Shown here one piece after another: positions 1 through 10,535 of a stretch of DNA of 64,000 nt. Numbering within the stretch: position 1 is the first letter of the stretch; every line of letters starts with the position of its first letter. Origin of the DNA: Novosphingobium sp. (GTDB lineage: Bacteria > Pseudomonadota > Alphaproteobacteria > Sphingomonadales > Sphingomonadaceae). Below the pieces are notes generated by a model that worked only from the letters and a program-made list of their open reading frames with translations, was not told the origin of the DNA and did not search any database. The stretch spans positions 3,482-67,481 of the forward strand of contig JBAYPJ010000005.1 in assembly GCA_041677785.1 (NCBI GenBank). Direction: 5' to 3'. A program made the position numbers and the translations under genes.

Positions 1-835
1 AGATCGGCGGGATGACGCCCGAAGTGTTGAGCTTCAGCGGCAGGTGGCTGCGATCCGCCTGCATCATGCCGCGCTGCGTCGCGCGCTTGGGATACTGGAT
101 CAGCAGCCGCCGCTGGGCGCGTTCCATGAAGCAGATCAGCAGGATCATGCCCACCAGCAGCAGGACCACGACGGCGATCAGGAAGCCGTTGATCGAGCCT
201 GTCCGACCACCCTCGAACAGATTGGCGATGGCCGTCGGCATCTGCGCAACGATGCCCGCCATGATGATCAGCGAGGTGCCGTTGCCGATCCCGCGGGAGG
301 TGATCTGCTCACCGATCCACAGCAGGAACATCGTGCCGCCGACCAGCGAGGTAAGGCCGGCGACATAGAACAACACGCCTGGATCGACCGCGAAGCCCTG
401 CACTTCGGCGTTCTTGAGGATGGCGAAGCCTTGAACCACGCTGAGCAGCACCGTGCCGTAACGGGAGTACTGGTTCAGCTTCTTGCGCCCCGAATCGCCT
501 TCCTTCTTCAAGGCGGCGAGCGTCGGATGGAGCGCGGCGGCAAGCTGCACCACGATCGAGGCGGTGATGTAGGGCATCACGCCCAGGCTGATCAGGCTGT
601 AGTTCGACAGCGCGCCGCCCGAGAACATGTTGAAGAAATCGAGGATGCCGCCGGCGCTGCGATCGAGAAACTGCTTGAGCGCAACGGGATTGATCCCCGG
701 CAGCGGCACGAACGTGAGGAAGCGGAACACGACCAGCGCCCCGATGGTGAACCAGATCCGCTTCTTGAGCTCGGTCGCCTTGGAAAAATTGGCGAAGCTC
801 AGATTGCTCGCGATATTGTCGGCGCGTGATGCCAT
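1..835 (-). CDS. secY: Preprotein translocase subunit SecY (5' part; gene continues beyond window start)
   Basis: Own translation of the minus strand from ATG (833-835) gives MASRADNIASNLSFANFSKATELKKRIWFTIGALVVFRFLTFVPLPGINP...GVMPYITASIVVQL...WIGEQITSRGIGNGTSLIIMAGIV. The frame stays open to position 1, so it is absent from the ORF track (no stop in window). It lies downstream of rplO as in spc operons. Confidence 0.93.
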   Translation of the reverse strand, partial: MASRADNIASNLSFANFSKATELKKRIWFTIGALVVFRFLTFVPLPGINPVALKQFLDRSAGGILDFFNMFSGGALSNYSLISLGVMPYITASIVVQLAAALHPTLAALKKEGDSGRKKLNQYSRYGTVLLSVVQGFAILKNAEVQGFAVDPGVLFYVAGLTSLVGGTMFLLWIGEQITSRGIGNGTSLIIMAGIVAQMPTAIANLFEGGRTGSINGFLIAVVVLLLVGMILLICFMERAQRRLLIQYPKRATQRGMMQADRSHLPLKLNTSGVIPPI

Positions 836-950
836 TTAGGGATTAGCCTTGCTTGGGCACCGGGTCGGCCCGGTCGCCTCGTCCATATGGGAACGGCCCA
901 TATAGTGCGTGGGCGGGGATGCAAGAACCCCGCCCTGCCTGGTCCTGCGA

Positions 951-1430
951 TTATTCGGTCGCTTCGCCCCTGGCTGCGGGAATTTCCACCGACCCGCCGG
1001 CCTTCTCGACCGCCTCGCGCGCGCCCTTCGACACGCCGGCAACCTTGAAGCTGGCCTTCGCGGTGAACGCACCCTTGCCGAGCAGGCGGACGCCGTCCTT
1101 GCCGCCGCGCGCCAGGCCCGCGCCCTTGAGCGCCGCATGGTCGATCACCGCGCCGGCATCGAGCTTGCCCGCGTCGATCGCCTTCTGGATCAGCCCGAGG
1201 TTCACCTCGGCATAGTCCTTGGCGAAGATGTTGTTGAATCCGCGCTTCGGGATACGCATGTGCAGCGGCATCTGGCCGCCCTCGAAGCCAGCGATCGAAA
1301 CGCCTGAACGCGCCTTGGCGCCCTTCTGGCCGCGGCCGGCGGTCTTGCCCTTGCCCGAGCCGATGCCCCGGCCGACGCGCATGCGTCCCTTGCGGGCACC
1401 GTTGTTGTCACGCAGTTCATTGAGTTTCAT
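951..1430 (-). CDS. rplO: 50S ribosomal protein L15
   Basis: ORF 951..1496 trimmed to the internal ATG at 1430. [37 protein letters not shown]... is a typical L15 N-terminus. Position is immediately upstream of secY. Confidence 0.93.
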   Translation of the reverse strand: MKLNELRDNNGARKGRMRVGRGIGSGKGKTAGRGQKGAKARSGVSIAGFEGGQMPLHMRIPKRGFNNIFAKDYAEVNLGLIQKAIDAGKLDAGAVIDHAALKGAGLARGGKDGVRLLGKGAFTAKASFKVAGVSKGAREAVEKAGGSVEIPAARGEATE

Positions 1431-1561
1431 GGATATGCACTCGCTTTCGCTTTGGTCGCGCTTGATGGAAGGGCAGGCCCTTAGGCCAAGCGGCACCGGC
1501 TGTCACCCCCTTTTGCCGGCCCCGCCCTTCCTCCAGCCGCGTCGAACCGCGAGACGTCGCA

Positions 1562-2392
1562 TCACGTCGCGACCTTGTCGCGGGAGGTGTTTCCCTTGAT
1601 CCTCACCAGCGGATAGAGCAGTTCCTCCACCCAATGGGCATCGTGGCCGGGCAGCCCGTAGCGATACGGCCGCCCGTCGGGAATGTGCAGCGTGCCAAAG
1701 GCCCAGTCCCAGACCGCGAGCATCACGCCGAAGTTGCGATAGGACGCGCCGTCCCGGCCGAAGCCGTGATGCGTGTGATGCAGCCCGGGCGAAATCAGGA
1801 TGTGCTCGAGCCCGCGAAACAGGCGGCCGAAGACGCGGTGCCGGCGGATGGGATCGTCCCACCGGAAATTGCTGTGTGTCACGACGTTCCAAACCGCAAT
1901 CAGCGCCGTCGCGATACCCGCAGCCTCGCCGAGCCCGAAATATATCGCCAGGCTCATCGTCCAGGCATTGGGGATCACCACGTACCACCACAGGTTCAGG
2001 CGCATCCAGACCGCGACGTTCATGTAGGCGGCGCTGTGATGCGTGCGATGGAGCATCCACAACAGCGATTTCGATTTCGACGTGGTGTGCGCCCAGCGGT
2101 GCACCCAATAGAAGAAGAACTCCGCGTAAAGGAGCACGGCCGGAATCGCGATCCAGAGAGGCACGCCGGCCAGCGTTCCCCGGTAGGCCGGAAACAGCCG
2201 GGCCCACAATGCAGCGATCGCCACGCTGGCCAGGGGACCGATGGCAAAGCGCCCCAGGGTCATGCCGATGACCAGCAGTGGAATTTCACCTTTCCGCTTG
2301 TAGGCGCCGCGATGACGGCCGGCGAAAACCTCGGCCAGGAGCACCACGACAGCCCCCACCGTGATCCAGAACATATACAAGCGGACATCCAT
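1562..2392 (-). CDS. Fatty acid hydroxylase / sterol desaturase superfamily membrane protein
   Basis: 276 aa, multi-TM, with three His boxes (HRWAH, HRTHH, HHTHH) typical of the FA_hydroxylase di-iron family. Confidence 0.8.
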   Translation of the reverse strand: MDVRLYMFWITVGAVVVLLAEVFAGRHRGAYKRKGEIPLLVIGMTLGRFAIGPLASVAIAALWARLFPAYRGTLAGVPLWIAIPAVLLYAEFFFYWVHRWAHTTSKSKSLLWMLHRTHHSAAYMNVAVWMRLNLWWYVVIPNAWTMSLAIYFGLGEAAGIATALIAVWNVVTHSNFRWDDPIRRHRVFGRLFRGLEHILISPGLHHTHHGFGRDGASYRNFGVMLAVWDWAFGTLHIPDGRPYRYGLPGHDAHWVEELLYPLVRIKGNTSRDKVAT

Positions 2393-2481
2393 GGCCTTCT
2401 CCCTTGGCGATGGCCGCCGTGTTGCCTGCCCCGAGGTCGATGTCTAATGCATTCTAAATGGCGACATGATACCTATATTGC

Positions 2482-3363
2482 ATGACGACAATCAGCCTTG
2501 CGCGCCTGCGGCATATCCTGGCCGTTGCCCGGACCGGCAGCTTCTCGCTCGCCGCCGAGGAAGAAGGCATTTCCCAACCTGCGCTCAGCCGGAGCATCCA
2601 GGCTTTCGAGGCACGATACGACGTTCGCCTGTTCGACCGGAACCGAGGCAACATAACCTTGACGCCGGCCGGGGAACTGGCGGTCAATCAGGCCAGGAAT
2701 ATGCTGGCGGCCGCCGCCCAACTGGATCGCGGCATGTCGCTCTATCGCAAAGGCGGTGCGGGACGGATCGGAATCGGCCTTGGCCCCCTGCTGGCCAGTG
2801 TGCTCCTGCCCACACTCGGAAAGCGACTGCTGCGCGCCTCCCCGCTGCTGCAGATCGTCACCCGGATCAGTCCCGCCGATCAGTTGCACGCCGACCTGAT
2901 CGACGGCCAGATCGAAGCAGTCATCGGCAATCGCTGGCATCTCAACCAGCTTCCCGGCGTGGAAAGGGTCTATCTTGGCCGCATCCCGCTCGCCATGGTC
3001 GTGCGCCATGGCCACCCCGCGGCCGGAACGCGCCGATTGACGCAGAAGGACCTGGCACCCTTTCCCGTTGCCGGCGCGATCGAGCCGCCGGCAAGAACAC
3101 CCAGCCTCCCGACCGGCGCGTTCGTCTGCGACAACTATCACATCCTCAGGGAAATCGTGATGGAGACCGACTGCCTGTGGCTGACCTCGCCCACCTTCGT
3201 TGCCGCGGAACTGCGAGCGGGAACGCTCGACCTGCTGGATGTCGCCGACCTCGAACCGGACCATGCAGAAATCTGGCTGGCCACCTTGCGCAACAAGACG
3301 GCCTCCCCTGCCCTGACCACTCTGGTCGACATGGCGCGCGACATCCTGACGGCAACGCCTTGA
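2482..3363 (+). CDS. LysR-family transcriptional regulator
   Basis: 293 aa. N-terminal wHTH LARLRHILAVARTGSFSLAAEEEGISQPALSRSIQAFE. Divergent from the hydroxylase gene, the classic LysR arrangement. Confidence 0.88.
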   Translation: MTTISLARLRHILAVARTGSFSLAAEEEGISQPALSRSIQAFEARYDVRLFDRNRGNITLTPAGELAVNQARNMLAAAAQLDRGMSLYRKGGAGRIGIGLGPLLASVLLPTLGKRLLRASPLLQIVTRISPADQLHADLIDGQIEAVIGNRWHLNQLPGVERVYLGRIPLAMVVRHGHPAAGTRRLTQKDLAPFPVAGAIEPPARTPSLPTGAFVCDNYHILREIVMETDCLWLTSPTFVAAELRAGTLDLLDVADLEPDHAEIWLATLRNKTASPALTTLVDMARDILTATP

Positions 3364-3385
3364 TCTCGCTCGAAAGAATGCTGCC

Positions 3386-3419
3386 AAAAAACGAAAAGCC
3401 CCGGCTTTCGCCGAGGCTT
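3386..3419 (-). terminator. Rho-independent terminator downstream of rpmD
   Basis: Minus strand reads AAGCC-t-CGGC-gaaa-GCCG-g-GGCTT followed by TTCGTTTTTT. It begins about 28 nt after the rpmD stop. Confidence 0.65.
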
Positions 3420-3447
3420 CCCGTGAGCATGACTCGCGCTTGCGCGA

Positions 3448-3624
3448 TCAGTCGATCACGGCCACCATGTGCGGCAGCTTCGCGATCGCGCCGCGCACTT
3501 CCGGGGTGTCCTCCACCTCGACGACGCGGTTCATCTTGCCCAGGCCCAGGCCGATGAGGGTCTTCTCCTGCTTGCCCGGCCGGCGGATCGGCGAACCGAT
3601 CTGCTTGATCTTGATTTTCGCCAT
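3448..3624 (-). CDS. rpmD: 50S ribosomal protein L30
   Basis: Own translation (58 aa, below the ORF-track cutoff): [58 protein letters not shown]. Directly downstream of rpsE. Confidence 0.92.
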   Translation of the reverse strand: MAKIKIKQIGSPIRRPGKQEKTLIGLGLGKMNRVVEVEDTPEVRGAIAKLPHMVAVID

Positions 3625-3629
3625 CGTGC

Positions 3630-4388
3630 TTACTCCGTGATCGCTTCGGCGGCGGCCTCGGCCTCCACCGCAGTCGCGCCACCGCGGCCGAGCAAGTCGG
3701 CGACCTTCTTGCCGCGACGCTGCGCCACCGACTTCGGCGACGTCTGGCTGACCAGCGCGTCAAAGGTGGCGCGGATCATGTTGTAGGGGTTCGAGGTGCC
3801 GACCGACTTGGTCACCACGTCCGCAACGCCCAGGCTCTCGAACACGGCGCGCATCGGGCCGCCCGCGATGATACCGGTACCGGCTGGAGCCGACCGGACG
3901 TTGACCCGGCCCGCGCCGAAGCGGCCCTTGCCGTCATGGTGCAGCGTCCGGCCTTCCTTGAGCGGCACGCGAACCATCTTCTTCTTGGCCGACGCGGTCG
4001 CCTTGGTGATCGCCTCGGGAACCTCGCGGGCCTTGCCGTGGCCGAAGCCGACGCGGCCCTTGCCGTCACCCACCACGACCAGCGCGGCGAAACCGAAGCG
4101 CTTGCCGCCCTTCACGGTCTTCGACACACGGTTGATGTGGACGAGTTTCTCGATCAGTTCCTCGCCGCCATCATCGTCGCCGCCACGGCCACGACGGTCG
4201 CGGTCACCACGGCCCCGGCCGCGATCGCCGCCACGCCCGTCACGATCGCCGCCACGGCCGCGTCCGCCGCGTCCGCCGGGACCACCGCGTCCCCCGGGGC
4301 TGCTTTCGCGCGCCTCGACGACGTGATCACCGCCCTGGGTGGCTTCGGCCGCGATCTGGCCTTCGTTGTTCGTTTCGTCTGCCATCAT
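3630..4388 (-). CDS. rpsE: 30S ribosomal protein S5 (with long RGG-rich N-terminal extension)
   Basis: The core [50 protein letters not shown]...[13 protein letters not shown] is canonical S5. About 75 extra N-terminal residues are rich in RGG/RGD. Confidence 0.95.
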   Translation of the reverse strand: MMADETNNEGQIAAEATQGGDHVVEARESSPGGRGGPGGRGGRGRGGDRDGRGGDRGRGRGDRDRRGRGGDDDGGEELIEKLVHINRVSKTVKGGKRFGFAALVVVGDGKGRVGFGHGKAREVPEAITKATASAKKKMVRVPLKEGRTLHHDGKGRFGAGRVNVRSAPAGTGIIAGGPMRAVFESLGVADVVTKSVGTSNPYNMIRATFDALVSQTSPKSVAQRRGKKVADLLGRGGATAVEAEAAAEAITE

Positions 4389-4738
4389 CAGAACTCCAGC
4401 CCGCCTTCACGCGCGGCGTCGGCCAGCGCCTTGACGCGGCCATGGAACAGGAAGCCGCCGCGATCGAACACGACGGAGGTCACGCCGGCCTTCTTGGCCG
4501 CCTCGGCAAGCTCCTTGCCCACCTGGGCGGCGGCGTCGGTCGTGGCGCCGGGCCCCTTGCCGCCCTTGGTCAGCGTCGATGCCGCGGCGACCGTGCGGCC
4601 GGCGACATCGTCGATGATCTGGGCGTAGATATGCCGGCCCGACCGATGCACGGAGAGACGGGGACGCCCACCGGCACGGGCCTTCAGGGCGGTGCGAACC
4701 CGCCGCTTGCGGCGGGCGAACAGAGAGAGCTTGGCCAT
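4388..4738 (-). CDS. rplR: 50S ribosomal protein L18
   Basis: 116 aa; sequence ...[18 protein letters not shown]...[28 protein letters not shown]; spc operon order. Confidence 0.96.
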   Translation of the reverse strand: MAKLSLFARRKRRVRTALKARAGGRPRLSVHRSGRHIYAQIIDDVAGRTVAAASTLTKGGKGPGATTDAAAQVGKELAEAAKKAGVTSVVFDRGGFLFHGRVKALADAAREGGLEF

Positions 4739-5271
4739 TACTTCTTCTTCCCTTCCTTGCGGAAGATGTACTCGCCGCGATAGCGGATGCCCTTGCCCTT
4801 GTAGGGCTCCGGCTTGCGCCAGCGACGGATCTCGGCGGCAACCTGGCCGACCTTCTGCTTGTCGATCCCGCTGATCTCGATCGTCGTGTTATCCGGCGTC
4901 TTGATCTCGATGCCCTCGGGCACCGCGAAGTCAACGTCGTGGCTGTAGCCGAGCTGCAGCTTAAGGTTCTTGCCCTGCGCGTTCGCACGATAACCGACGC
5001 CGGTGATGTCGAGCGTCTTGGTGTAGCCCTCGGTAACGCCGTTCACGAGGTTCTGCACCAGCGTGCGCTGCATGCCCCAGAACGATCGCGCCCGCTTGGT
5101 GTCGTTGGCCGGCTGCACCGAGATGCTGCCGTCGGCGACCGTGTAGGTCACGTCGTCAGCGAGGCTCAGCGTGAGGGTGCCCTTGGGGCCCTTCACAGTG
5201 AGGGCGCCGTTCGCGATGTCGGCGCTGACGCCGTTCGGAATGGCAACCGGCTTCTTGCCGATGCGGCTCAT
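4738..5271 (-). CDS. rplF: 50S ribosomal protein L6
   Basis: 177 aa; [15 protein letters not shown]...GYSHDVDF...[18 protein letters not shown]. Confidence 0.96.
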   Translation of the reverse strand: MSRIGKKPVAIPNGVSADIANGALTVKGPKGTLTLSLADDVTYTVADGSISVQPANDTKRARSFWGMQRTLVQNLVNGVTEGYTKTLDITGVGYRANAQGKNLKLQLGYSHDVDFAVPEGIEIKTPDNTTIEISGIDKQKVGQVAAEIRRWRKPEPYKGKGIRYRGEYIFRKEGKKK

Positions 5272-5666
5272 CAGAACACCTCCGCAAGCACTTCGCCGCC
5301 GACGTTCTGTGCGCGCGCTTCGGCATCCGAGAGCACGCCACGGGGCGTCGAGACGATGGTGATGCCAAGGCCGTTGCGGACTACCGGCAGTTCCTTGCTG
5401 CCCGAATAGACCCGGCGGCCGGGCTTGGAGACGCGGGCCACGTGCTTGATCGCGGGCTCGCCCTCAAAATACTTCAGCTCGATGCGAAGCTGCGGGTGGG
5501 CGCCGGTAGCGTCCTGGCTGTAGCCGCGGATGTAGCCTTCGCGCTGCAGCACTTCGAGCACGTTCGCGCGCAGCTTCGATGCCGGCGACAGGACGGCGTC
5601 CTTCTTCGCCCGCTGGCCGTTGCGGATACGGGTGAGCATATCACCCAGGGGATCGGTCAGTGCCAT
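5271..5666 (-). CDS. rpsH: 30S ribosomal protein S8
   Basis: 131 aa; [14 protein letters not shown]...GGEVLAEVF. Confidence 0.96.
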   Translation of the reverse strand: MALTDPLGDMLTRIRNGQRAKKDAVLSPASKLRANVLEVLQREGYIRGYSQDATGAHPQLRIELKYFEGEPAIKHVARVSKPGRRVYSGSKELPVVRNGLGITIVSTPRGVLSDAEARAQNVGGEVLAEVF

Positions 5667-5675
5667 GGCTCTTCC

Positions 5676-5981
5676 TTACCAGCTCGACTTCGTCACGCCC
5701 GGGATCATGCCCTTGTTGGCAAGATCGCGGAGCTCGACGCGGCAGAGGCCGAACTTGCGATAATAGCCGCGCGGGCGGCCGGTGGTGGCGCAGCGGTTGC
5801 GCACCCGGGTGGGGTTCGCGTTACGCGGAATCTCCGCGAGCTTCAGCCGCGCGATCAGGCGCTCGGTATCGTCGAGCGACTGGTCGTTGGCCTGCGCCTT
5901 CAGGGCCGCGTACTTCGCAGCATACTTCTGAACCAGCTTCTTGCGACGCTCGTTCTTGTTCACGGAACTCAGTTTCGCCAT
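5676..5981 (-). CDS. rpsN: 30S ribosomal protein S14
   Basis: 101 aa; [17 protein letters not shown]...[34 protein letters not shown]. Confidence 0.96.
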   Translation of the reverse strand: MAKLSSVNKNERRKKLVQKYAAKYAALKAQANDQSLDDTERLIARLKLAEIPRNANPTRVRNRCATTGRPRGYYRKFGLCRVELRDLANKGMIPGVTKSSW

Positions 5982-6010
5982 GGACTTAAGCTCTCTTCTT
6001 CAAATTGCAG

Positions 6011-6592
6011 TCACGCGGCCTGCTGCTGTTCAGCAGCATCCTGCGGAAAGGGGAAACCGAACAGGCGGAGCAGTTCGCGCGCCTCGTCGTCGGTCTTGGC
6101 AGTGGTGGTCACGATGATGTCCATCCCGCGCACCTTCTCGATCTGATCGTAGCTGATCTCAGGAAAGATGATCTGCTCCTTGAGACCCATCGCGTAGTTG
6201 CCACGCCCGTCGAAGCTCTTGGGGTTGAGCCCGCGGAAGTCGCGGATGCGGGGCATCGCCACGGTGATCAGCCGGTCGAGGAACTCATACATGCGCTCGC
6301 GGCGCAGCGTGACCTTGCAGCCGATCGCCATGCCCTCACGCAGCTTGAACTGCGCGATCGACTTCTTGGCCTTGGTGACCACCGGCTTCTGGCCGGCGAT
6401 GAGCTGCATCTCTTCGACCGCGGTCGTGACCTTCTTGCGATCCTGCGTGCCCTCGCCCACGCCCATGTTGAGCGTGATCTTCTCGATCTTCGGCACTTCC
6501 AGACGGTTCTTGTAACCGAACTTCTCGATCATCGCGGCAACGATCTGGTCGTCGTACTTCTTGCGAAGCCGCGGCGTGTACTTGTCAGCCAT
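6011..6592 (-). CDS. rplE: 50S ribosomal protein L5
   Basis: 193 aa; sequence ...[14 protein letters not shown]...RGMDI; operon order. Confidence 0.96.
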   Translation of the reverse strand: MADKYTPRLRKKYDDQIVAAMIEKFGYKNRLEVPKIEKITLNMGVGEGTQDRKKVTTAVEEMQLIAGQKPVVTKAKKSIAQFKLREGMAIGCKVTLRRERMYEFLDRLITVAMPRIRDFRGLNPKSFDGRGNYAMGLKEQIIFPEISYDQIEKVRGMDIIVTTTAKTDDEARELLRLFGFPFPQDAAEQQQAA

Positions 6593-6905
6593 CGATCGTC
6601 TCCCCGGACTTCACGGCCACACGGACCTTCCTGCCGTCCTTGGTCTCGAAACGGACGCGGGTGGGCTTGCCGTCCTTCGGATCGGCCAGGCTCACCTTCG
6701 AGATGTGCAGCGGCGCCTCGCGGCGGTCGATGCCGCCCTGCGGGTTGCCCTGCGTCGGCTTGCGGTGGCGCACGGCGACGTTGATGCCGGACACCAGCAC
6801 CTTGTCGTCCTTGGGAAGGACCTGCAGGACGGTGCCGGTGCGGCCCTTGTCCTTGCCCGAGCGGACGACGACGCTGTCGCCCTTCTTGATCTTCGCGGCG
6901 GCCAT
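6585..6905 (-). CDS. rplX: 50S ribosomal protein L24
   Basis: ORF 6585..7292 trimmed to the ATG at 6905 ([29 protein letters not shown]...). The upstream part of that ORF overlaps rplN in another frame. Confidence 0.94.
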   Translation of the reverse strand: MAAAKIKKGDSVVVRSGKDKGRTGTVLQVLPKDDKVLVSGINVAVRHRKPTQGNPQGGIDRREAPLHISKVSLADPKDGKPTRVRFETKDGRKVRVAVKSGETIDG

Positions 6906-7273
6906 CACAGCACCTCCGGAGCGAGCGAGATGATCTTCATGAAGCCGCGGCCGCGCAACTCGCGCACGACGGGGCCGAAGATACGGGTGCCAATCGGCTC
7001 CTCGTTCTTGTTGATCAGCACGGCGGCGTTCGTGTCGAAGCGGATGACGCTGCCGTCGGCGCGGCGCACGTCCTTCTTGGTGCGCACGATCACCGCGCGG
7101 TGGACGTCGCCTTTCTTGACGCGCGCGCGGGGCTGCGCCTCCTTGACCGACACCACGATGATGTCGCCGACGCCCGCAGTGCGACGCTTCGACCCGCCCA
7201 GCACCTTGATGCACTGGACGCGCTTCGCGCCGCTGTTGTCCGCGACGTCGAGATTGGATTGCATCTGGATCAT
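6905..7273 (-). CDS. rplN: 50S ribosomal protein L14
   Basis: 122 aa; [28 protein letters not shown]... Confidence 0.97.
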   Translation of the reverse strand: MIQMQSNLDVADNSGAKRVQCIKVLGGSKRRTAGVGDIIVVSVKEAQPRARVKKGDVHRAVIVRTKKDVRRADGSVIRFDTNAAVLINKNEEPIGTRIFGPVVRELRGRGFMKIISLAPEVL

Positions 7274-7376
7274 CGATCCGGTTCCTTCTCAACTGGCTTA
7301 CCGAGACGCCTGGTTTCCCTTTGGCCCGGCAGTTCCGAAAACTGCTTCAACTTCGTCCGTATGAGCCGCGCAGAGC

Positions 7377-7646
7377 TCAGACGTCGGCCTCGACGGCGGC
7401 GGTCTTGCCGATGGTGACGCGCTCGATGACCTTCCAGCTCTTCAGCTTAGACATCGGGCGGGTCTCTTCGATCCGCACGGTCTCGCCCGTCTTGACGACG
7501 TTGTCCTCGTCGTGGGCGTGGTACTTCTTCGAGCGGCGGATGATCTTTCCGTAGAGCGGGTGCTTCACCTTGCGCTCGACCTTCACGACCACGGTCTTGT
7601 CGGTCTTGTCGGAAACCACGGTCCCGATAAGAATTCGCTTGGGCAT
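7377..7646 (-). CDS. rpsQ: 30S ribosomal protein S17
   Basis: 89 aa; sequence ...[40 protein letters not shown]. Confidence 0.96.
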   Translation of the reverse strand: MPKRILIGTVVSDKTDKTVVVKVERKVKHPLYGKIIRRSKKYHAHDEDNVVKTGETVRIEETRPMSKLKSWKVIERVTIGKTAAVEADV

Positions 7647-7656
7647 CGTAGGCTCC

Positions 7657-7875
7657 TTACGCCTTGGCCGACTGAGAGCGCTCAGTCTGCAGCGTCTTGA
7701 TACGGGCGATGTCGCGGCGCACTTCTTTGATGCGCGCCGGACGCTCGAGCTGGTTGGTCGCCGCCTGGAAGCGCAGGTTGAAGGCTTCGCGCTTCAGGTC
7801 GCCGAGATCGGCCGAGAGCTGATCGTCGGTCTTGGCGCGCAGATCCCCAATCTTGTTGGAATTCTTGGCCATCAT
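7657..7875 (-). CDS. rpmC: 50S ribosomal protein L29
   Basis: 72 aa; sequence ...[34 protein letters not shown]; 4-nt overlap with the rplP stop. Confidence 0.94.
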   Translation of the reverse strand: MMAKNSNKIGDLRAKTDDQLSADLGDLKREAFNLRFQAATNQLERPARIKEVRRDIARIKTLQTERSQSAKA

Positions 7876-8306
7876 TCGCCTCCCAGGTGCGAGGTGTCGC
7901 CGAGGCGGGCGACGACCTTGGTCTTGATCGGCAGCTTCATCGCGGCGCGGCTGAACGCCTCCGCGGCAAGCGGGCCGGCAACGCCGTCCAGCTCGAACAG
8001 GATGCGGCCCGGCTTCACGCGGGCAGCCCAGTATTCCACCGAACCCTTGCCCTTACCCTGACGAACTTCGGCAGGCTTCTTCGAGACCGGCACGTCCGGG
8101 AAGACGCGAATCCAGAGACGGCCCTGGCGCTTGATGTGGCGCGTGATCGCGCGGCGGGCCGCTTCGATCTGGCGCGCGGTGATCCGCTCGGGCTCCAGCG
8201 CCTTGAGGCCGTAGGAGCCGAAGTTGAGATCGGTGCCGCCCTTGGCGTCGCCCTTGATCCGGCCCTTGAAGGCCTTGCGGAACTTGGTTTTCTTCGGTTG
8301 CAGCAT
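7872..8306 (-). CDS. rplP: 50S ribosomal protein L16
   Basis: 144 aa; [19 protein letters not shown]... Confidence 0.97.
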   Translation of the reverse strand: MLQPKKTKFRKAFKGRIKGDAKGGTDLNFGSYGLKALEPERITARQIEAARRAITRHIKRQGRLWIRVFPDVPVSKKPAEVRQGKGKGSVEYWAARVKPGRILFELDGVAGPLAAEAFSRAAMKLPIKTKVVARLGDTSHLGGE

Positions 8307-8309
8307 GGC

Positions 8310-9020
8310 TTAGTTCCTGCGGTCTTCGCGTGCCGGACGCACGCCGGAGGTCTGGGCCTCCATCATCAGCCGGTCCTGCGCCATCGGGTCATGGCCCAGA
8401 ATCTCACCCTTGAAGATCCAGCACTTGATGCCGATGATGCCGTAGGCGGTCAGCGCCTCGGCCTCGGCGTAGTCGATGTTGGCGCGCAGCGTGTGCAGCG
8501 GCACGCGGCCTTCGCGATACCACTCGACGCGGGCGATCTCGGCGCCGCCGAGGCGGCCGCCGCAAGTGATCCTGATACCCTCGGCGCCAAGACGCAGCGC
8601 GGACTGCACCGCGCGCTTCATGGCGCGGCGGAAGGCGACACGGCGAACGAGCTGGTCGGCGATGCCCTGCGCGACGAGCTTCGCGTCGATCTCCGGCTTG
8701 CGGATCTCGACGATGTTCAGCTTCACCTCGCTGCCGGTCATCCTGGCCAGCTGCGAGCGCAGCTTCTCGATGTCCGCGCCCTTCTTGCCGATGATGACGC
8801 CCGGGCGGGCGGCATAGATCGACACGCGGCACAGCTTGGCCGGACGCTCAATCACCACCTTGGAGATCGCCGCCTGCGGCAGCGTTTCCATGATGTACTT
8901 GCGCATCTTGAGGTCTTCCTCAAGCATCGACGCATAGTTCTTGCCTTCGGCGTACCAGCGGCTGTCCCAGGTCCGGTTGATCTGCAGGCGCAGGCCGATC
9001 GGGTTGCTCTTATGACCCAT
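8310..9020 (-). CDS. rpsC: 30S ribosomal protein S3
   Basis: 236 aa; [24 protein letters not shown]... with a KH domain. Confidence 0.97.
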   Translation of the reverse strand: MGHKSNPIGLRLQINRTWDSRWYAEGKNYASMLEEDLKMRKYIMETLPQAAISKVVIERPAKLCRVSIYAARPGVIIGKKGADIEKLRSQLARMTGSEVKLNIVEIRKPEIDAKLVAQGIADQLVRRVAFRRAMKRAVQSALRLGAEGIRITCGGRLGGAEIARVEWYREGRVPLHTLRANIDYAEAEALTAYGIIGIKCWIFKGEILGHDPMAQDRLMMEAQTSGVRPAREDRRN

Positions 9021-9023
9021 GGA

Positions 9024-9401
9024 TCAGGCCTCCTCGACTTCGCGGACCACGATGCGCAGCCGGCTGAACGGCTTCAGGATGCGCGTGGACTTGCCACGGC
9101 CGCGCGTGTGGAAACGCTTCATGGTGATCGACTTGCCCACGCTGGCTTCGGCGACCACGAGGGCGTCGACGTCCAGGTTGTGGTTGTTCTCCGCATTGGC
9201 GATGGCCGAGGCGAGAACCTTGCGCGCGTCCTGCGCCATGGCCCGCTTCGAGAAGGCGAGGATGTTCATCGCCTCTTCGGCCGTCTTGCCGCGGATCAGC
9301 CCAGCAACGAGGTTCAGCTTCTGGGCCGATCCACGGATCGTGGTGCCGACCGACAGCGCTTCCTTCTCGCCAACGCGACGGGGTGCCTTTTCCTTGCCCA
9401 T
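9024..9401 (-). CDS. rplV: 50S ribosomal protein L22
   Basis: ORF 9024..9782 trimmed to the ATG at 9401 ([39 protein letters not shown]...). 1-nt overlap with the rpsS stop. Confidence 0.94.
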   Translation of the reverse strand: MGKEKAPRRVGEKEALSVGTTIRGSAQKLNLVAGLIRGKTAEEAMNILAFSKRAMAQDARKVLASAIANAENNHNLDVDALVVAEASVGKSITMKRFHTRGRGKSTRILKPFSRLRIVVREVEEA

Positions 9402-9679
9402 TAGCGCTTGCCCTTCTTGTCGGCGGCGTGGCCGGGGAAGTTGCGCGTGGGCGCGAACTCGCCGAGCTTGTGGCCGACCATGTCCTCGTTGACCGAGACC
9501 GGGATGAACTTCTGGCCGTTGTAGACGCTGAACGTCAGGCCGACGAACTGCGGCAGAATCGTCGAGCGACGCGACCAGGTCTTGATCGGACCGGCGCGGC
9601 TGCCCGCATCCTGCGCGGCTTCCGCCTTCTTCAGCAGGTGCAGGTCGACGAAGGGGCCTTTCCAGACGGAACGTGCCAT
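9401..9679 (-). CDS. rpsS: 30S ribosomal protein S19
   Basis: 92 aa; [18 protein letters not shown]...[10 protein letters not shown]...[11 protein letters not shown]. Confidence 0.97.
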   Translation of the reverse strand: MARSVWKGPFVDLHLLKKAEAAQDAGSRAGPIKTWSRRSTILPQFVGLTFSVYNGQKFIPVSVNEDMVGHKLGEFAPTRNFPGHAADKKGKR

Positions 9680-9685
9680 TGGACC

Positions 9686-10525
9686 TTACCTCTTCTTCTT
9701 TTTGGCGTGGCGGGAGCGGATGATCATGCTGTCGGTCCGCTTGTTGTGACGGGTGCGCGCACCCTTGGTCGGCTTGCCCCACGGCGTGACCGGATGACGG
9801 CCGCCCGAAGTCCGGCCCTCACCACCACCGTGCGGGTGGTCGACCGGGTTCTTGGCAACGCCGCGGGTCAGCGGGCGCTTGCCCATCCAGCGGCCGCGGC
9901 CGGCCTTGCCGAAATTCTGGTTCTGGTTGTCGGGGTTCGACACCGCGCCAACCGTACCCATGCAATCGCCGCGCAGGTAGCGCTGCTCGCCCGAGTTCAG
10001 CCGAACGATGACCATGCCGCGGTCGCGGCCCACGAGTTGCACGTAAGTGCCGGCCGAACGCGCGATCTGCCCGCCCTTGCCCGGCTTCATCTCCACGTTG
10101 TGGATGATCGTGCCGACCGGCATCTGGCTGAGCAGCATGGCGTTGCCCGGCTTCACGTCAGTCTTCTCGCCGGCGATCACGGTGTCGCCCACGGCCAGAC
10201 GCTGCGGCGCGAGGATGTAAGCCAGTTCACCATCCTCGTACTTGACGAGGGCGATGAAGGCCGTCCGGTTCGGGTCGTATTCCAGGCGCTCGACGGTAGC
10301 CGGCACGTCCCACTTGCGACGCTTGAAGTCGATGTAGCGGTACTTCTGCTTGTGGCCGCCGGCGATGCCGCGCGAGGTGACATGGCCCTTGTTGTTGCGC
10401 CCGCCGGTCTTGTGCTTGCCCTCGGTCAGCGCCTTGACGGGCTTGCCCTTCCACAGCGCCGACTTGTCGACGAGGATCAGGCCGCGGCGCGCCGGGCTGG
10501 TCGGATTGTAGTGCTTGAGTGCCAT
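9686..10525 (-). CDS. rplB: 50S ribosomal protein L2
   Basis: 279 aa; sequence ...[18 protein letters not shown]...[24 protein letters not shown]. Confidence 0.97.
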   Translation of the reverse strand: MALKHYNPTSPARRGLILVDKSALWKGKPVKALTEGKHKTGGRNNKGHVTSRGIAGGHKQKYRYIDFKRRKWDVPATVERLEYDPNRTAFIALVKYEDGELAYILAPQRLAVGDTVIAGEKTDVKPGNAMLLSQMPVGTIIHNVEMKPGKGGQIARSAGTYVQLVGRDRGMVIVRLNSGEQRYLRGDCMGTVGAVSNPDNQNQNFGKAGRGRWMGKRPLTRGVAKNPVDHPHGGGEGRTSGGRHPVTPWGKPTKGARTRHNKRTDSMIIRSRHAKKKKR

Positions 10526-10535
10526 CGTTCGCGCC

